Positions 9,123-19,920 of a DNA stretch of 64,000 nucleotides are shown piece after piece (position 1 is the stretch's first letter; each line of letters opens with the position of its first letter). The notes under the pieces were generated by a model. That model saw only the letters and a list, made by a program, of their open reading frames with translations. It ran no database searches and was not told where the DNA came from. Origin of the DNA: Actinomycetota bacterium (GTDB lineage Bacteria; Actinomycetota; Coriobacteriia; Anaerosomatales; UBA912). A program made the translations under genes and the position numbers. The stretch is from the NCBI GenBank assembly GCA_023488435.1, contig JAMDCK010000022.1, positions 23,551-87,550 on the forward strand, read 5' to 3'.

Positions 9123-10537
9123 TGGAGAGATCCTTGCTCTTCAAGCAGCCTTAGTACATCTACGCCGATACCTGAGACGTCGCCCGCACCCATAGTCATC
9201 AGAACATCGCCAGGGCGTAGTTTTTTCGCAAGGTAGACCGATACATCGGTCCGGTGGGGCAAGTAAGTGACTCTATGTCTGGGATAGGCTTCCAGCACAG
9301 AATCCACAAGCGTCTTACCTGATACTCCTGGGATCGGAGGTTCTCCAGCGCTGTAAACATCCATAAGGATCAGGTGGTCCGCGTCGCCAAAAGCATCCCC
9401 GAACTCCTGGGCGAATGCCTCAGTTCGAGTGTAGCGGTGGGGCTGGAAGACAGCGCATATCCGACTGAATCCGCAATCCCGTGCGGCCTTGAGCGTCGCT
9501 TTGACCTCGGTTGGGTGGTGGGCGTAATCATCGTAGATCGTGATGTCGTTAGCCTGACCAATCCGATCGAAACGACGTTTGACCCCTCTGTATGTTTCAA
9601 CAGCTCTGGCCGCAGCTTCTATGTCAATGGCGAGGTGATAGGCAACTGCAAGTGCCCCGGTGGCGTTCTGCACCATGTGCTCGCCGGGTACAGGAAGGAA
9701 TATCTCCTGTCGGCTGCCATCCGGGAAGTCGATGATGAACTCAAAGCCCATCCCTTTGGGGGTCAGTGAGTGACAGCGAACTGCAGCATTGGGGGCGAAC
9801 CCGTAAGAAAGGATCTTGGCATCTGCTCCGCTTGCCAGCTCCAGCAACCGAGAATCATCTGCGCAAGCGATTATGACACCCGAAGCCGGGACGCGCGACA
9901 GAAAATCGACGAAAGTCCTCTCGACCGCTTCGAGCGATCCGTAGTGATCGAGATGATCGGCCTCGACGTTGGTCACGAGGGCCACAGATGGGGTGAGGTG
10001 CATGAACGATCCGTCTGATTCATCTGCCTCGACGACATAGTGGGGTCCCGCACCATTCATCGCATTCCTGCCGAACTTCACAACCTCGCCACCGACAACG
10101 AACGTCGGATTCGCACCTGCGCCTTCTAGCATGGTTGCCACCATGGCGCTGGTCGAGGTCTTTCCATGTGTCCCAGCAACAGCGACGGTTGTCGAGTCGC
10201 CAGCGAGCCAGGCGAGCATCTTCGCGCGTTGCCAGATCTCGATGCCTCGTGCTTTGGCCTCGATCAACTCCGGGTTACGTTCACTTACCGCTGTCGACAC
10301 CACAACCACCCGGGCATCACCTATGCAAGCTGCGTCATGCCCGATTGTTACGGGAACTCCCGCTTCGGAGAGCACTCTGGTGAACCGTGACTCCTTTAGA
10401 TCGGAGCCAGTCACCTGATGTCCTCTTTCATGCATGATGCAAGCGATTCCGCTCATTCCTGAGCCTCCGATGCCGATAAAATGTGCGCTCAGTGGGGTTG
10501 ATGTCGAGTTCAATCGATCTCCGTCTCTCAAGTCCAT
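9113..10537 (-). CDS. murC: UDP-N-acetylmuramate--L-alanine ligase
   Basis: HFIGIGGSGMSGIA N-terminus, Mur ligase P-loop GTHGKTSTS, 474 aa. Confidence 0.95.
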   Translation of the reverse strand: MDLRDGDRLNSTSTPLSAHFIGIGGSGMSGIACIMHERGHQVTGSDLKESRFTRVLSEAGVPVTIGHDAACIGDARVVVVSTAVSERNPELIEAKARGIEIWQRAKMLAWLAGDSTTVAVAGTHGKTSTSAMVATMLEGAGANPTFVVGGEVVKFGRNAMNGAGPHYVVEADESDGSFMHLTPSVALVTNVEADHLDHYGSLEAVERTFVDFLSRVPASGVIIACADDSRLLELASGADAKILSYGFAPNAAVRCHSLTPKGMGFEFIIDFPDGSRQEIFLPVPGEHMVQNATGALAVAYHLAIDIEAAARAVETYRGVKRRFDRIGQANDITIYDDYAHHPTEVKATLKAARDCGFSRICAVFQPHRYTRTEAFAQEFGDAFGDADHLILMDVYSAGEPPIPGVSGKTLVDSVLEAYPRHRVTYLPHRTDVSVYLAKKLRPGDVLMTMGAGDVSGIGVDVLRLLEEQGSLQCR

Positions 10538-10549
10538 GGATTGGACTTC

Positions 10550-11653
10550 CTATCGGTCTAAGTGTACGTGCCGAGTCAGTTCGGCGAGTCGCTCAGCAGC
10601 ATCATGGATCGCCAATCCAGAAAGTGCGGCGGCTATGTTATCACGCTGAGCCCTGTCGAGAAGCAAAGCCGTCACCGTCTCGATGAAAACTGGTGCCGAA
10701 AGTCGATCATCCGAAATGACTACCGCAGCACCTGCTTGCGCGAGTGAGGCTGCGTTCTTGGTCTGATGATCATCAGTGGCGTGTGGGTACGGCACGTAGA
10801 CCGCAGGTTTTTGGAGAACACTGATCTCTGCGATCGATGTCGCTCCAGCGCGCGCTACGACCAAGTCAGCGGCCGCAAGTGCTCCGCCCATGTCATCGAT
10901 GTATTCAAGTAGATGATACCGCTCGGGAACGGAACCGGCGCCGGCTATGGCTGCGAGGACACATGGGTATTCGTGCCTGCCGGCGATGTGGACGATGTGT
11001 AGGTCCTCGATCTCTAGAAGTTTGGTGTGTGCGTCTACCAATGTCTGATTGATTCGGCGTGCACCACGCGATCCGCCGAATACCAACAAGACCAAGGCAT
11101 CGGGGGGAATGCCGAATGCCCTCCTTCCCGCAACGGGATCGGCATCCCTGACCGCTGGGCGGACCGGATTGCCCGTCACTACAACCTTCTTGGCTCCACC
11201 GAACCCTACTGCGGACTCCGGGTACGTGAGCGCAACGAGATGCGCCCATCGCCCAAGAATACGATTCGCAAGTCCGGCAACTGAATTCTGCTCATGGATG
11301 ATGAGCGGCACCCTAGCGAGAATAGCTGCGATGCCCACGGGGATGCACACATACCCCCCGAAGACCACGACGACATCGGGTCGTTGGCGCAACATCATCG
11401 ATAGTGCCCGGACGGCAGATGCCGTCAACACCAACATGGCCGAGATGAGCGTCCAGGGTTTGTTGCGAACAAATCCTCTGGCAGGTAAAGCTAAGAAAGG
11501 GATTCCCGCCCTGGTGACCAAATCCGCCTCGGGTCCTCGGCTGGTTCCGAAGTACTTGACCTCGTCATGCTCGCTTTCTAACAGCAGCTGCGCGAGTGCC
11601 AATGCGGGGTAGATGTGACCCGCTGTTCCTCCGCCGCTCATCCAGACTCGCAC
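10550..11653 (-). CDS. murG: Lipid II glycosyltransferase MurG
   Basis: GGGTAGHIYPALA N-terminus and GT28 C-terminal domain. The 5' end overlaps the ftsW tail by 77-89 nt, depending on which ATG is used. Confidence 0.95.
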   Translation of the reverse strand: MRVWMSGGGTAGHIYPALALAQLLLESEHDEVKYFGTSRGPEADLVTRAGIPFLALPARGFVRNKPWTLISAMLVLTASAVRALSMMLRQRPDVVVVFGGYVCIPVGIAAILARVPLIIHEQNSVAGLANRILGRWAHLVALTYPESAVGFGGAKKVVVTGNPVRPAVRDADPVAGRRAFGIPPDALVLLVFGGSRGARRINQTLVDAHTKLLEIEDLHIVHIAGRHEYPCVLAAIAGAGSVPERYHLLEYIDDMGGALAAADLVVARAGATSIAEISVLQKPAVYVPYPHATDDHQTKNAASLAQAGAAVVISDDRLSAPVFIETVTALLLDRAQRDNIAAALSGLAIHDAAERLAELTRHVHLDR

Positions 11654-12827
11654 GTGTTGGCTCCTTGATAAGTGGACGTTTCGCGCTCAAACGCTGACTC
11701 TTTGCGCCGAACGAAGACACTGACAGAATCACACCGATAGATAGGAGGGTCAAGGTGATGGCAGTCCCTCCGTAGCTGACCAGAGGCAATGGCTTGCCGG
11801 TGATTGGCATCAGGCCGATGACCATCGACATATTCACAATAGCCTGCAACACGATTGTTGCGGTCATGCCTCCGGCTACCAGCCGACCGAAAGAGTCCTT
11901 GCATGCGAAGGCGATCTTGAGTCCCGCATAGGTGAACACACCGAAAGCCAAGACCACCGACAGAGATCCGAGCAAGCCCAGCTCCTCGCCGACGATCGAG
12001 AACACGAAGTCGGTGTGGGCCGCGGGCAGGAACGAAAACTTCTGACGCGACATACCCACGCCCATACCCGTTATCCCACCCGATCCAAAAGCCAGCATCG
12101 ACTGGATGGCCTGGTATCCGTCGCCAAGTGGATCGGCCCAGGGATCCAGAAACGCCAGGACACGGTCTTCTCGGTAGGAAGCAACGAACATGAGCAGGCC
12201 AGCCGCCCCTATCCCGAGCGCTGTGCCCGCAGCCAAGAGGGAAGCTTTGACCCTCCCGAGTACCAGCACAAAGTAGAGAGTGGAGACGATCATGACGGTG
12301 GTGCCCATGTCGGGCTGGAAGAGCACGAGTGACGAAACCGCAGCAAAGGCCCCGCCGAGGCGTATGGTCAGCTGACGGGCGGTGATCACCCTCGCACGCC
12401 ACTGTGAGAGGGACAGCGCGGCAACGAGCAGGCATGCCAATTTGGCGTACTCGGACGGCTGCACTGTGATGAACCCGAGGTCCAGCCAGCGTGTTGCGCC
12501 CCAGCGCATCGAACCGATCGCCAAGACCGCTACGAGTGCTGCGATGCAAACGCCGAGAAAAGGCCACGCAGCTTTGCGAAGAAAGCGATAGTCAACCTTG
12601 GACGCGGCGTACATCATGAGCAGACCAATCCCGACAAAGAGGATATGCCGCTTCAGGTGATAGAAGCTGTCTTCGAAGCGTAGGTAGTCCGCAACCGACG
12701 ACGCTGAGTAGACCATCAGGGTTCCCAGCACAAGGAGGTAGAACGTCGAGCCAAGCAGGAGATATCTTGCACGGCTACCGCCGCAGAATCCCTCACGGGC
12801 GCTCACGAAGGACCCCCTATCCCGCAA
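11565..12827 (-). CDS. ftsW: SEDS peptidoglycan polymerase FtsW
   Basis: About 10 TM helices and SEDS motifs (QPSEYAKL, LPAAHTDFVFS, PLPLVSYGGT). Confidence 0.9.
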   Translation of the reverse strand: MRDRGSFVSAREGFCGGSRARYLLLGSTFYLLVLGTLMVYSASSVADYLRFEDSFYHLKRHILFVGIGLLMMYAASKVDYRFLRKAAWPFLGVCIAALVAVLAIGSMRWGATRWLDLGFITVQPSEYAKLACLLVAALSLSQWRARVITARQLTIRLGGAFAAVSSLVLFQPDMGTTVMIVSTLYFVLVLGRVKASLLAAGTALGIGAAGLLMFVASYREDRVLAFLDPWADPLGDGYQAIQSMLAFGSGGITGMGVGMSRQKFSFLPAAHTDFVFSIVGEELGLLGSLSVVLAFGVFTYAGLKIAFACKDSFGRLVAGGMTATIVLQAIVNMSMVIGLMPITGKPLPLVSYGGTAITLTLLSIGVILSVSSFGAKSQRLSAKRPLIKEPTRASLDERRRNSGSHLPRIGTRAAAVRKRA

Positions 12828-14188
12828 ACAAGCTGCACAAAGACCTCGCCTCGGTGTGCGAATCCATCGAACTCATCGAAGGAGGCGCAGCCCGGTGATA
12901 GCAAGACTACATCGCCGGCGATTGCGATCCGGACTGCAGCATCAACAGCATCGGCTAGACCGGCAACGACAGTGCAGGGAACATCTGCGGCGCGCATCTG
13001 TTGCGCGATCTCCTCGGCAGCTTCACCGAAGGCGATGACGGAGGCTCCAACTGCCGAAAGGGTGGACGCGAGAGCACCGAACTCGGAGCCCTTATTCCTC
13101 CCGCCCAGCAGGAGCACGACACGGCTGTTTGGGAACGCATGGACGGCAACCATCACAGAAGCCGGGTTGGTGGCTTTGGAGTCGTTGACATACTCGACGC
13201 CGTCTATGGTTAGGACCGACTGTAGCCTGTGGGGAACCGGAGCAAAGCTCCTGAGTCCGCTTCGGATTGCCTCTAGGTCGACGCCAAGCACCGACGCAGC
13301 AGCGGCGGCGGCGAGAGCGTTGCTGACGTTGTGGGCTCCTTTGATGCCCAGGTCACTGCTCGAAAGCAGTGCATGGGTCTCGCCTTGTCCGGCAATCGCC
13401 AGCATCGAATCGGGAGTGAGGCCCGCTCCCCCTTCAGGGACACCTCGTCTCGAAACCCGGATCACGCGTACCCCAGTAGTTTCGACAGCGTCGGCATAGA
13501 CAGCCGAACCCGGATCATCGATGTCGATGATCGCGACGTCGTCGTCTGCAAGATTGGCGAACAACTTGGCTTTGTCGCGTGCATAAGCTTCGAGGGAACC
13601 GTGCCAATCGAGGTGGTCCTCGGTGATATTGAGAAGAACCGCAACCTTCGGGCGGAAGTTCTCAGTGGATGCCAGCTGGAATGAGGAGACCTCGGCGACG
13701 AGGATGGTCTCGCTTCCCACCCGATCGACCACGGAGATTGCAGGGACTCCGATGTTCCCGACCGCTTCGGCGGTAAGCCCGCCCGCCTGGAGAAGGTGCG
13801 CGATGAGACTCGTGACGGTGGTCTTCCCGTTGGTTCCGGTGACCCCGACCCATGTCGCGGTGGAACGCTCGAATGCGAACTCGATCTCGCTTATGACCCG
13901 CGACGATTTCTCGAGGGCCGAGCGGAACAGCGGTGATGCTGGCGGAATGCCGGGACTGGCGATGCATAGGTCGACGGGCGCGACAAGTGCATCCGCTCCC
14001 GCATGCAAGGCAACGGAGACCCGCCGAAGATCCTCGCCTGCCTGCGCGAGCTTCTCGGGGCCTGCGGAATCGTAGAGGGCGATGTGGGCAGGATGCCCCT
14101 CAGTGCGGTGTCTGACCAGGTGATCGACGACCGCGAGCCCTGATGTTCCGGCCCCTAGAATGGCTACGCTCTGCGGCAGTGGCTGCAT
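12803..14188 (-). CDS. murD: UDP-N-acetylmuramoylalanine--D-glutamate ligase
   Basis: GAGTSG Rossmann N-terminus, GTNGKTT P-loop, DSKATN motif. Confidence 0.95.
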   Translation of the reverse strand: MQPLPQSVAILGAGTSGLAVVDHLVRHRTEGHPAHIALYDSAGPEKLAQAGEDLRRVSVALHAGADALVAPVDLCIASPGIPPASPLFRSALEKSSRVISEIEFAFERSTATWVGVTGTNGKTTVTSLIAHLLQAGGLTAEAVGNIGVPAISVVDRVGSETILVAEVSSFQLASTENFRPKVAVLLNITEDHLDWHGSLEAYARDKAKLFANLADDDVAIIDIDDPGSAVYADAVETTGVRVIRVSRRGVPEGGAGLTPDSMLAIAGQGETHALLSSSDLGIKGAHNVSNALAAAAAASVLGVDLEAIRSGLRSFAPVPHRLQSVLTIDGVEYVNDSKATNPASVMVAVHAFPNSRVVLLLGGRNKGSEFGALASTLSAVGASVIAFGEAAEEIAQQMRAADVPCTVVAGLADAVDAAVRIAIAGDVVLLSPGCASFDEFDGFAHRGEVFVQLVCGIGGPS

Positions 14189-14190
14189 TG

Positions 14191-15234
14191 CTATCCCTTG
14201 ACCGAGCCAACGAAGTACAGCGCGAACCCTGCGCCTGCCAGGATTCCCGTGACGACCCAGAATCGCACCATGACCTTGGTTTCGGACCAGCCCAACATCT
14301 CGAAGTGATGGTGTATCGGGGCCATCTTGAAGATTCGTTTGCCGGTCAGTTTGAACGACGCCACCTGGAGGATGACCGATAGTCCTTGAATGACGTAAAT
14401 CCCACCGATCAACACCAGCAACAGCTCGGTCTTTGTGATTACCGCCAACGCCGCGATGCCTGCGCCGATCCCTAGGGAGCCGGTATCACCCATGAATATG
14501 TCTGCAGGATGGCTGTTGTACCACAGGAAGCCGACGCAAGCCCCTGCCACAGCTGCTGCGAGCAGTGCGATGTCTAAGCGATCCTGCCGAAACGCGATCC
14601 CGGCATATGCCATCATCACTATCGTTATCGTCCCGGCAGCAAGCCCATCGAGGCCATCGGTAAGGTTCACGGTATTGCTCGTCGCTATCATCATCAAGAA
14701 GACTAGCCCGATGTATAGCCATGGGACGATGATCCCGAATCCCCCGACCTCGAACACAGACGTGTATACGCCCAGATCAACAGAGGCATCAAGCAGCGGC
14801 AAAGCTACCCGCGAAGAAATGTCGCCCCAGTTCACCGCTGCCAACGCGAACAGCAGTGCGATGAGCGCCTGACCAGTGATTTTAGCGCGGGGAGAGAGCC
14901 CCAATGAGCGTTCCTTGGCCACCTTCGCCCAATCATCGAAAAAGCCAAGCAAGCCGCATCCAATCATCGCAGCAAGGGCCAGGAAAGAAAGCCTGCCGAA
15001 ATCGCCCATCGCCACATATACAGCGAAGACTACGATGATGATCAGCACCCCGCCCATCGTTGGCGTTCCCTGCTTGACTAGATGTCCCTGTGGACCGTCT
15101 GCGCGGATCTGCTGTCCGATGTTGCGGTAGCGCAGCACCTTTATCCAAAGCGGAAAGACGACGACGCAGATCACCAGGGCCATCACAACTGCGATAAGGA
15201 CTTGGTAAGTAGGATATTGGGCTATGTTGATCAT
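14191..15234 (-). CDS. mraY: Phospho-N-acetylmuramoyl-pentapeptide transferase
   Basis: Polytopic protein with NLTDGLDGLA and PIHHHFE motifs. Confidence 0.95.
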   Translation of the reverse strand: MINIAQYPTYQVLIAVVMALVICVVVFPLWIKVLRYRNIGQQIRADGPQGHLVKQGTPTMGGVLIIIVVFAVYVAMGDFGRLSFLALAAMIGCGLLGFFDDWAKVAKERSLGLSPRAKITGQALIALLFALAAVNWGDISSRVALPLLDASVDLGVYTSVFEVGGFGIIVPWLYIGLVFLMMIATSNTVNLTDGLDGLAAGTITIVMMAYAGIAFRQDRLDIALLAAAVAGACVGFLWYNSHPADIFMGDTGSLGIGAGIAALAVITKTELLLVLIGGIYVIQGLSVILQVASFKLTGKRIFKMAPIHHHFEMLGWSETKVMVRFWVVTGILAGAGFALYFVGSVKG

Positions 15235-16640
15235 TCCGGGCTCACAATCGCATCGACGATCCTCTCCAGCCCGATCACCCGTGAGGCCTTCACCAGGACT
15301 GCGTCACCCGGCGCAACACATTCAAGTACCTTCGCCGTGGCCCCAGCGATCTCATCGAATGCGAAGACCGCCGAAGGGTCCATGCCTGTAGCTCTTGCCC
15401 CATCGGCGATCCGTACTGCTCGTGGCCCAACGGTGATCAACAAGTCGATCTCCAGCTCCTTGATGGCCTCACCAATCCTGAAATGGGCAAGCTCAGTGAG
15501 CGAACCGAGCTCCGCCATGTCGCCAAGTACGGCTATGCGCCTTGTCGCTGCCCTCATCGCCGAGAGAGTCTCTATCGCAGCACGCATCGATGATGGGTTG
15601 GCATTGTAGGCGTCGTTGATGACGTGGATCCCGCCAGCTGTCATGAAAGCCTGCATCCGCATCTCTGTGATGGTCGCGCTCTGCAGTCCTGTGACGATGT
15701 CGACAGCGGGAATGCTCATGTATCCCCCGACTGCCGCGGCAGCCAACGCGTTGTAAACATTGTGGCGCCCTGGCAGTCCTAGAGTGACGTTCTCACGGGC
15801 ATCGGGTGTGACCAGGTCGAAGGTCGGGCGGCTCTCTTCGTCGAGTACGATGTTCTCCGCCCGCACCTCGTTGGAGACACCCAAGCCATAGCGGATCACA
15901 GAGGCGCAGGTCCCCGAAGCAATCAGGTCGGCGTATGCGTCGTCCCCGTTCACGAAGACCGTACCCTCGCATCCGATTGAGGCCACAAGCTCAGCTTTGG
16001 CACTCGCAATCGCATCTTGACTACCAAGTATCTCGATGTGCGACGTCCCGATGTTCGTTATCAAACCGGCAGTGGGTCTGGCGATCGAAGCCAGCGTGGC
16101 TATCTGTCCTTCGCCCCTCATCGCCATCTCCAAGACGATGGCATCGGTGTCCGCCCCGGCCTCGAACAAGGTGAGCGGAACGCCCAGCTCGTTGTTGCGG
16201 TTTCCTTTGGTCGCCACCACTTTGGCGCGCTGCGATATCACGCTGTAGATGAAGTCCTTGGTTGTGGTCTTGCCCGAAGATCCGGTCACGCCAATCACCG
16301 GGCAGAACAGCCTCGCTCGATGGTGGCGAGCAAGACTCTGGACAGCACCCAGGGCATCGGCGACCTTCACGACCGTGATTCCCCGCAAACGTGCGACCTC
16401 CATCGCCGAACCAAGCTGCTCAGGCGCTTCAGTGACTAGCAGCACTCGCGCACCTGCCGAAATCGCTTCCTCGAGAAAGTCGTGGCCGTCGACTCGTTCT
16501 CCAGCGAATGCAACAAAGAGGTTGCCCGGCTCCACCTGCCGAGAATCGATCTGCAGGCCGTTGGCCATCACATCAGGATTGCCGAGGAGAATCTCCCCTG
16601 CAGTTACCTCGGCAATTAGTCCTGCAGAAAGCGTCAGCAT
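15231..16640 (-). CDS. murF: UDP-MurNAc-tripeptide--D-alanyl-D-alanine ligase
   Basis: GVTGSSGKTTTK P-loop and DAYNANP motif. ATGA overlap with mraY. Confidence 0.93.
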   Translation of the reverse strand: MLTLSAGLIAEVTAGEILLGNPDVMANGLQIDSRQVEPGNLFVAFAGERVDGHDFLEEAISAGARVLLVTEAPEQLGSAMEVARLRGITVVKVADALGAVQSLARHHRARLFCPVIGVTGSSGKTTTKDFIYSVISQRAKVVATKGNRNNELGVPLTLFEAGADTDAIVLEMAMRGEGQIATLASIARPTAGLITNIGTSHIEILGSQDAIASAKAELVASIGCEGTVFVNGDDAYADLIASGTCASVIRYGLGVSNEVRAENIVLDEESRPTFDLVTPDARENVTLGLPGRHNVYNALAAAAVGGYMSIPAVDIVTGLQSATITEMRMQAFMTAGGIHVINDAYNANPSSMRAAIETLSAMRAATRRIAVLGDMAELGSLTELAHFRIGEAIKELEIDLLITVGPRAVRIADGARATGMDPSAVFAFDEIAGATAKVLECVAPGDAVLVKASRVIGLERIVDAIVSPE

Positions 16641-18085
16641 CGGGCGCTCAGCTCCTCGAAGGCCACCTCGCGGTCGTCGAAGTGCACTGTCTTGTCGGCG
16701 AATATCTGGTAGTCCTCGTGTCCCTTGCCGGCAATCAGTACCGAGTCATTGGGGCCTGCCGTGGCCAGCGCTGACGCGATGGCCCGACGCCTGTCGACCT
16801 CGACCTGATAGGTTGCACCGCCAACAGACATGCCAGGCAGTATCTGTGCGATTATGGCATTGGGATCCTCGGTCCTCGGGTTGTCGCTTGTGATTATCGC
16901 GTGGTCCGCAACAGCCGAAGCGGCCTCCCCCATCAGCGGGCGTTTCGCGGGGTCGCGGTCTCCTCCGCATCCGAAGACGGCGATCACCCGGCCCGGAGTA
17001 ACGCGCTTGATCGCCTCAAGTACCTGCCTGAGGCTATCCGGGGTGTGTGCGTAATCGACGAATACCGAGAAGGGCTGTCCAGCCGAAACCCTCTCCAAGC
17101 GACCAGGAACCTGCGTCGCATGCGCAAGCCCGGCGGCGATGTCAGCAAGCGGGATTCCAAGTGCATACGCACATCCGGCGGCAACAAGAGCGTTGCTCAC
17201 GTTGTACGCGCCGGCGATGGGCAGAGTGACTGTGGCCTGTCCCGAAGGGGTTGAAAGTACGAACCGCGATGCGTCGGGCATGAGTTCGACCTCGGTGGCA
17301 CGGATTACCGCATCCGCCGAAGTGCCGACGGTCAGCGGATCATCTACCGCTGCAGCAAAAGATACCCCCACCGGGTCGTCAATGTTTATGACCCGCTTTG
17401 CCACCTCCAGCTCCGTGAAAAGACGCAGCTTGACAGCCCCGTAAGCCTCCATCGAGCCGTGATAGTCGAGGTGATCCTGAGTCAGATTGGTGAATGCAGC
17501 CACTGCGAAGCTGACTGCATCGACGCGACCTAGGTCGATAGCGTGCGATGAGACCTCCATCGCAACGGCCTCGACCCCTTCGGCGGACATCTGGGCCAAC
17601 AGCCTCTGAAGGTCTAGCGACTCCGGCGTGGTCCGCTCGGCGGGTATGGCGTTCTCGCGAATCCGGGTCTCTACGGTGCCGATCAGTCCTGTCGCCAGCC
17701 CGGAGTGCCGAAGGATCGAGTCCACGAGGTACGTGGTAGTGGTCTTGCCGTTTGTGCCAGTGACGCCGACAATCGAGAGCCCGCGACTAGGCGAGCCGTA
17801 GAACACAGCGGCGGCGACCGCGAGCGCCTTCCTCGCATCCGCTACCAGGATTTGCGGGACGTGTGCGAATTCGGCCAGTCGGCGAGTCACCACCAGCGCA
17901 GCTGCGCCGCGCGACACCGCCTCTCGGGCAAAATCATGTCCGTCGGACTGAAGTCCCGGTATGCAGAAGAATGCGTCTTTCGGACCCACCTTGCGCGAGT
18001 CATAAGCCAATCCCTCGACCTGGACGGCTTCGCCTGCGAGGACCTCCGCAGCGGACAAAAGGCTCATTAGATCGAAAAGCGGCAT
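16634..18085 (-). CDS. murE: UDP-MurNAc-L-Ala-D-Glu--2,6-diaminopimelate (or Lys) ligase
   Basis: GVTGTNGKTTTT P-loop, DYAHTPD, and a DNPR motif (SDNPRTED), which is the meso-DAP-type signature. Confidence 0.93.
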   Translation of the reverse strand: MPLFDLMSLLSAAEVLAGEAVQVEGLAYDSRKVGPKDAFFCIPGLQSDGHDFAREAVSRGAAALVVTRRLAEFAHVPQILVADARKALAVAAAVFYGSPSRGLSIVGVTGTNGKTTTTYLVDSILRHSGLATGLIGTVETRIRENAIPAERTTPESLDLQRLLAQMSAEGVEAVAMEVSSHAIDLGRVDAVSFAVAAFTNLTQDHLDYHGSMEAYGAVKLRLFTELEVAKRVINIDDPVGVSFAAAVDDPLTVGTSADAVIRATEVELMPDASRFVLSTPSGQATVTLPIAGAYNVSNALVAAGCAYALGIPLADIAAGLAHATQVPGRLERVSAGQPFSVFVDYAHTPDSLRQVLEAIKRVTPGRVIAVFGCGGDRDPAKRPLMGEAASAVADHAIITSDNPRTEDPNAIIAQILPGMSVGGATYQVEVDRRRAIASALATAGPNDSVLIAGKGHEDYQIFADKTVHFDDREVAFEELSARC

Positions 18086-18141
18086 CTTCTCTCACATTCG
18101 AATCGGCAACCGTCAAATGTTAGCACTTGGAGCACTCCATT

Positions 18142-19920
18142 TCAGCGGTCCGCGGGGATTGTAGCCGTACCGTCATCCGACCTCGTTGCACTTGGCGGTA
18201 TCCGCAGATGGGACACCGCAAAGCTGGCGATCTGTGCAAAAGTGGGGGCAGCCACAGTACCGCCGAAGATCGCTCCCGATGGTTCATCGATATTGACGAG
18301 AATCACTAGCCGAGGATCATCGACTGGCAGGAATCCGCCGAAGGAGGCGATGTACTTGCCCTCCTCGTACCCTCTACCATCGACTTTGACTTTCTGAGCG
18401 GTTCCGGTCTTTCCGGCGACCTCATATCCCTGAACTGCCGCCGATAGTCCTGTACCCGAGGTCACCACAGATGCCATAACCTCGCGCATCGTGACTGCGG
18501 TCTGTTCGCTGATAGCAACCTGTCGAGTTGCGCTGGCACTCTTGGCATCGACCCTGAAGTGCGGATTCGGGAGTCTGCCATCACTGGCGATCGCCGAGAA
18601 TGCACGCGCAATCTGCAGCGGCGTCACCGAGATGCCTTGACCGAACGACACTGTTCCAAGTGTTGATGCCGACCAGTCGCTCACGCGCGGCAAGAAACCC
18701 ACCGCTTCACCAGAGAAATCGATGCCGGTGGACTGGGTCAAGCCGAAGGACTGCATGGACTCGTATAGTGCATCCGAACCGAGCTCCGTACCCATCATGA
18801 CAGTCCCAACGTTGCTGGACCTGGCATGAATCTCTGTAAGGCTGGCCCGCATGAATCCCCTTGGTCTCGCCTCGCCGATGGTTCGCCCGCCGACTTGGAT
18901 CGTTGGAGGCAGGTCGAACATGCTTTCTGGATCGAATATCCCGGCCTCTAGGACCGCAGCAGTTGTAAGCGATTTCAGTGTTGACCCTGGCTCATAGGCA
19001 TCGGTGATCGCACGATTCCTAAAGGCAGCCTGATCAGCCGATGCAAACAGGTTGGGGTCGAAGAATGGGTATGATGCCATCGCCAGGATCGCCCCCGTGT
19101 CAGGATCCATCACGATCACGTTGCCGCCCTTCGCATCCCATCTGTCGACGGCCTGCGCAAGTGCCAGCTGCGCCTGGTGCTGAATGTCCCTGTCGATCGT
19201 GAGTGTTATGTCCTCTCCGTCAACGGGTTCCTCGGCAGAGATCACAGCACCCGGTATCGGTCGGCCACCGGGATCCCTCTCGGCGATTAGCCTGCCAGGG
19301 GTACCCGCGAGTAGGTCGTCATAGTATTTCTCAAGGCCCGCCAATCCGACGTCGTCGACTCCGACGAATCCGAGTACCTGACAGGCGACTTCGGCGTGAG
19401 GATACACCCTGCGCGAGTCTCGATGGAATCCCACGCCTGCCAGCTCGAGTTCGCGTAGAGCCTCAGCTCGCTCGACATCGACCTTCCTGGCGATGTAGAC
19501 GAAACCGCCCTCCCTTTGCATCCTCTCCGCATACACCGCTGGATCGCCGCCAAGAACCCGGGCTATCGCCTGCGCGGTCGATGAGGCATCTTCCACTGCG
19601 CGTGGGTCTGCGAAAACACTGAAGGCCTGAACACTTACGGCCAGGGGCTCGCCCTCCCGATCGAATATCGCACCCCGTTGCGCAGGAAGGGGGATGTCAC
19701 GCGTCCGTTGCTCGGTTGCAAGTTGGGCGTAGACCGCTGCGTCAACCACTTGTAGTTGCACAAGCCGGCCCGAAATGATCAACAAAGCGATCACTATCAC
19801 GCACCACAGAAACACAAACCGGCCACTATCGGCCGATTTCCTCTTTCGCTTCTGTCCCAAGATGCCTCCCGGCTTCAGATCAGATTTCGGTTCAACGCAT
19901 CGACACCAGCCCGACATCAC
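18142..19920 (-). CDS. ftsI: Class B penicillin-binding protein (FtsI-type transpeptidase)
   Basis: N-terminal TM, PBP dimerisation domain, transpeptidase motifs STLK (GSTLKS), SSN and KTGT. Confidence 0.9.
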   Translation of the reverse strand: MMSGWCRCVEPKSDLKPGGILGQKRKRKSADSGRFVFLWCVIVIALLIISGRLVQLQVVDAAVYAQLATEQRTRDIPLPAQRGAIFDREGEPLAVSVQAFSVFADPRAVEDASSTAQAIARVLGGDPAVYAERMQREGGFVYIARKVDVERAEALRELELAGVGFHRDSRRVYPHAEVACQVLGFVGVDDVGLAGLEKYYDDLLAGTPGRLIAERDPGGRPIPGAVISAEEPVDGEDITLTIDRDIQHQAQLALAQAVDRWDAKGGNVIVMDPDTGAILAMASYPFFDPNLFASADQAAFRNRAITDAYEPGSTLKSLTTAAVLEAGIFDPESMFDLPPTIQVGGRTIGEARPRGFMRASLTEIHARSSNVGTVMMGTELGSDALYESMQSFGLTQSTGIDFSGEAVGFLPRVSDWSASTLGTVSFGQGISVTPLQIARAFSAIASDGRLPNPHFRVDAKSASATRQVAISEQTAVTMREVMASVVTSGTGLSAAVQGYEVAGKTGTAQKVKVDGRGYEEGKYIASFGGFLPVDDPRLVILVNIDEPSGAIFGGTVAAPTFAQIASFAVSHLRIPPSATRSDDGTATIPADR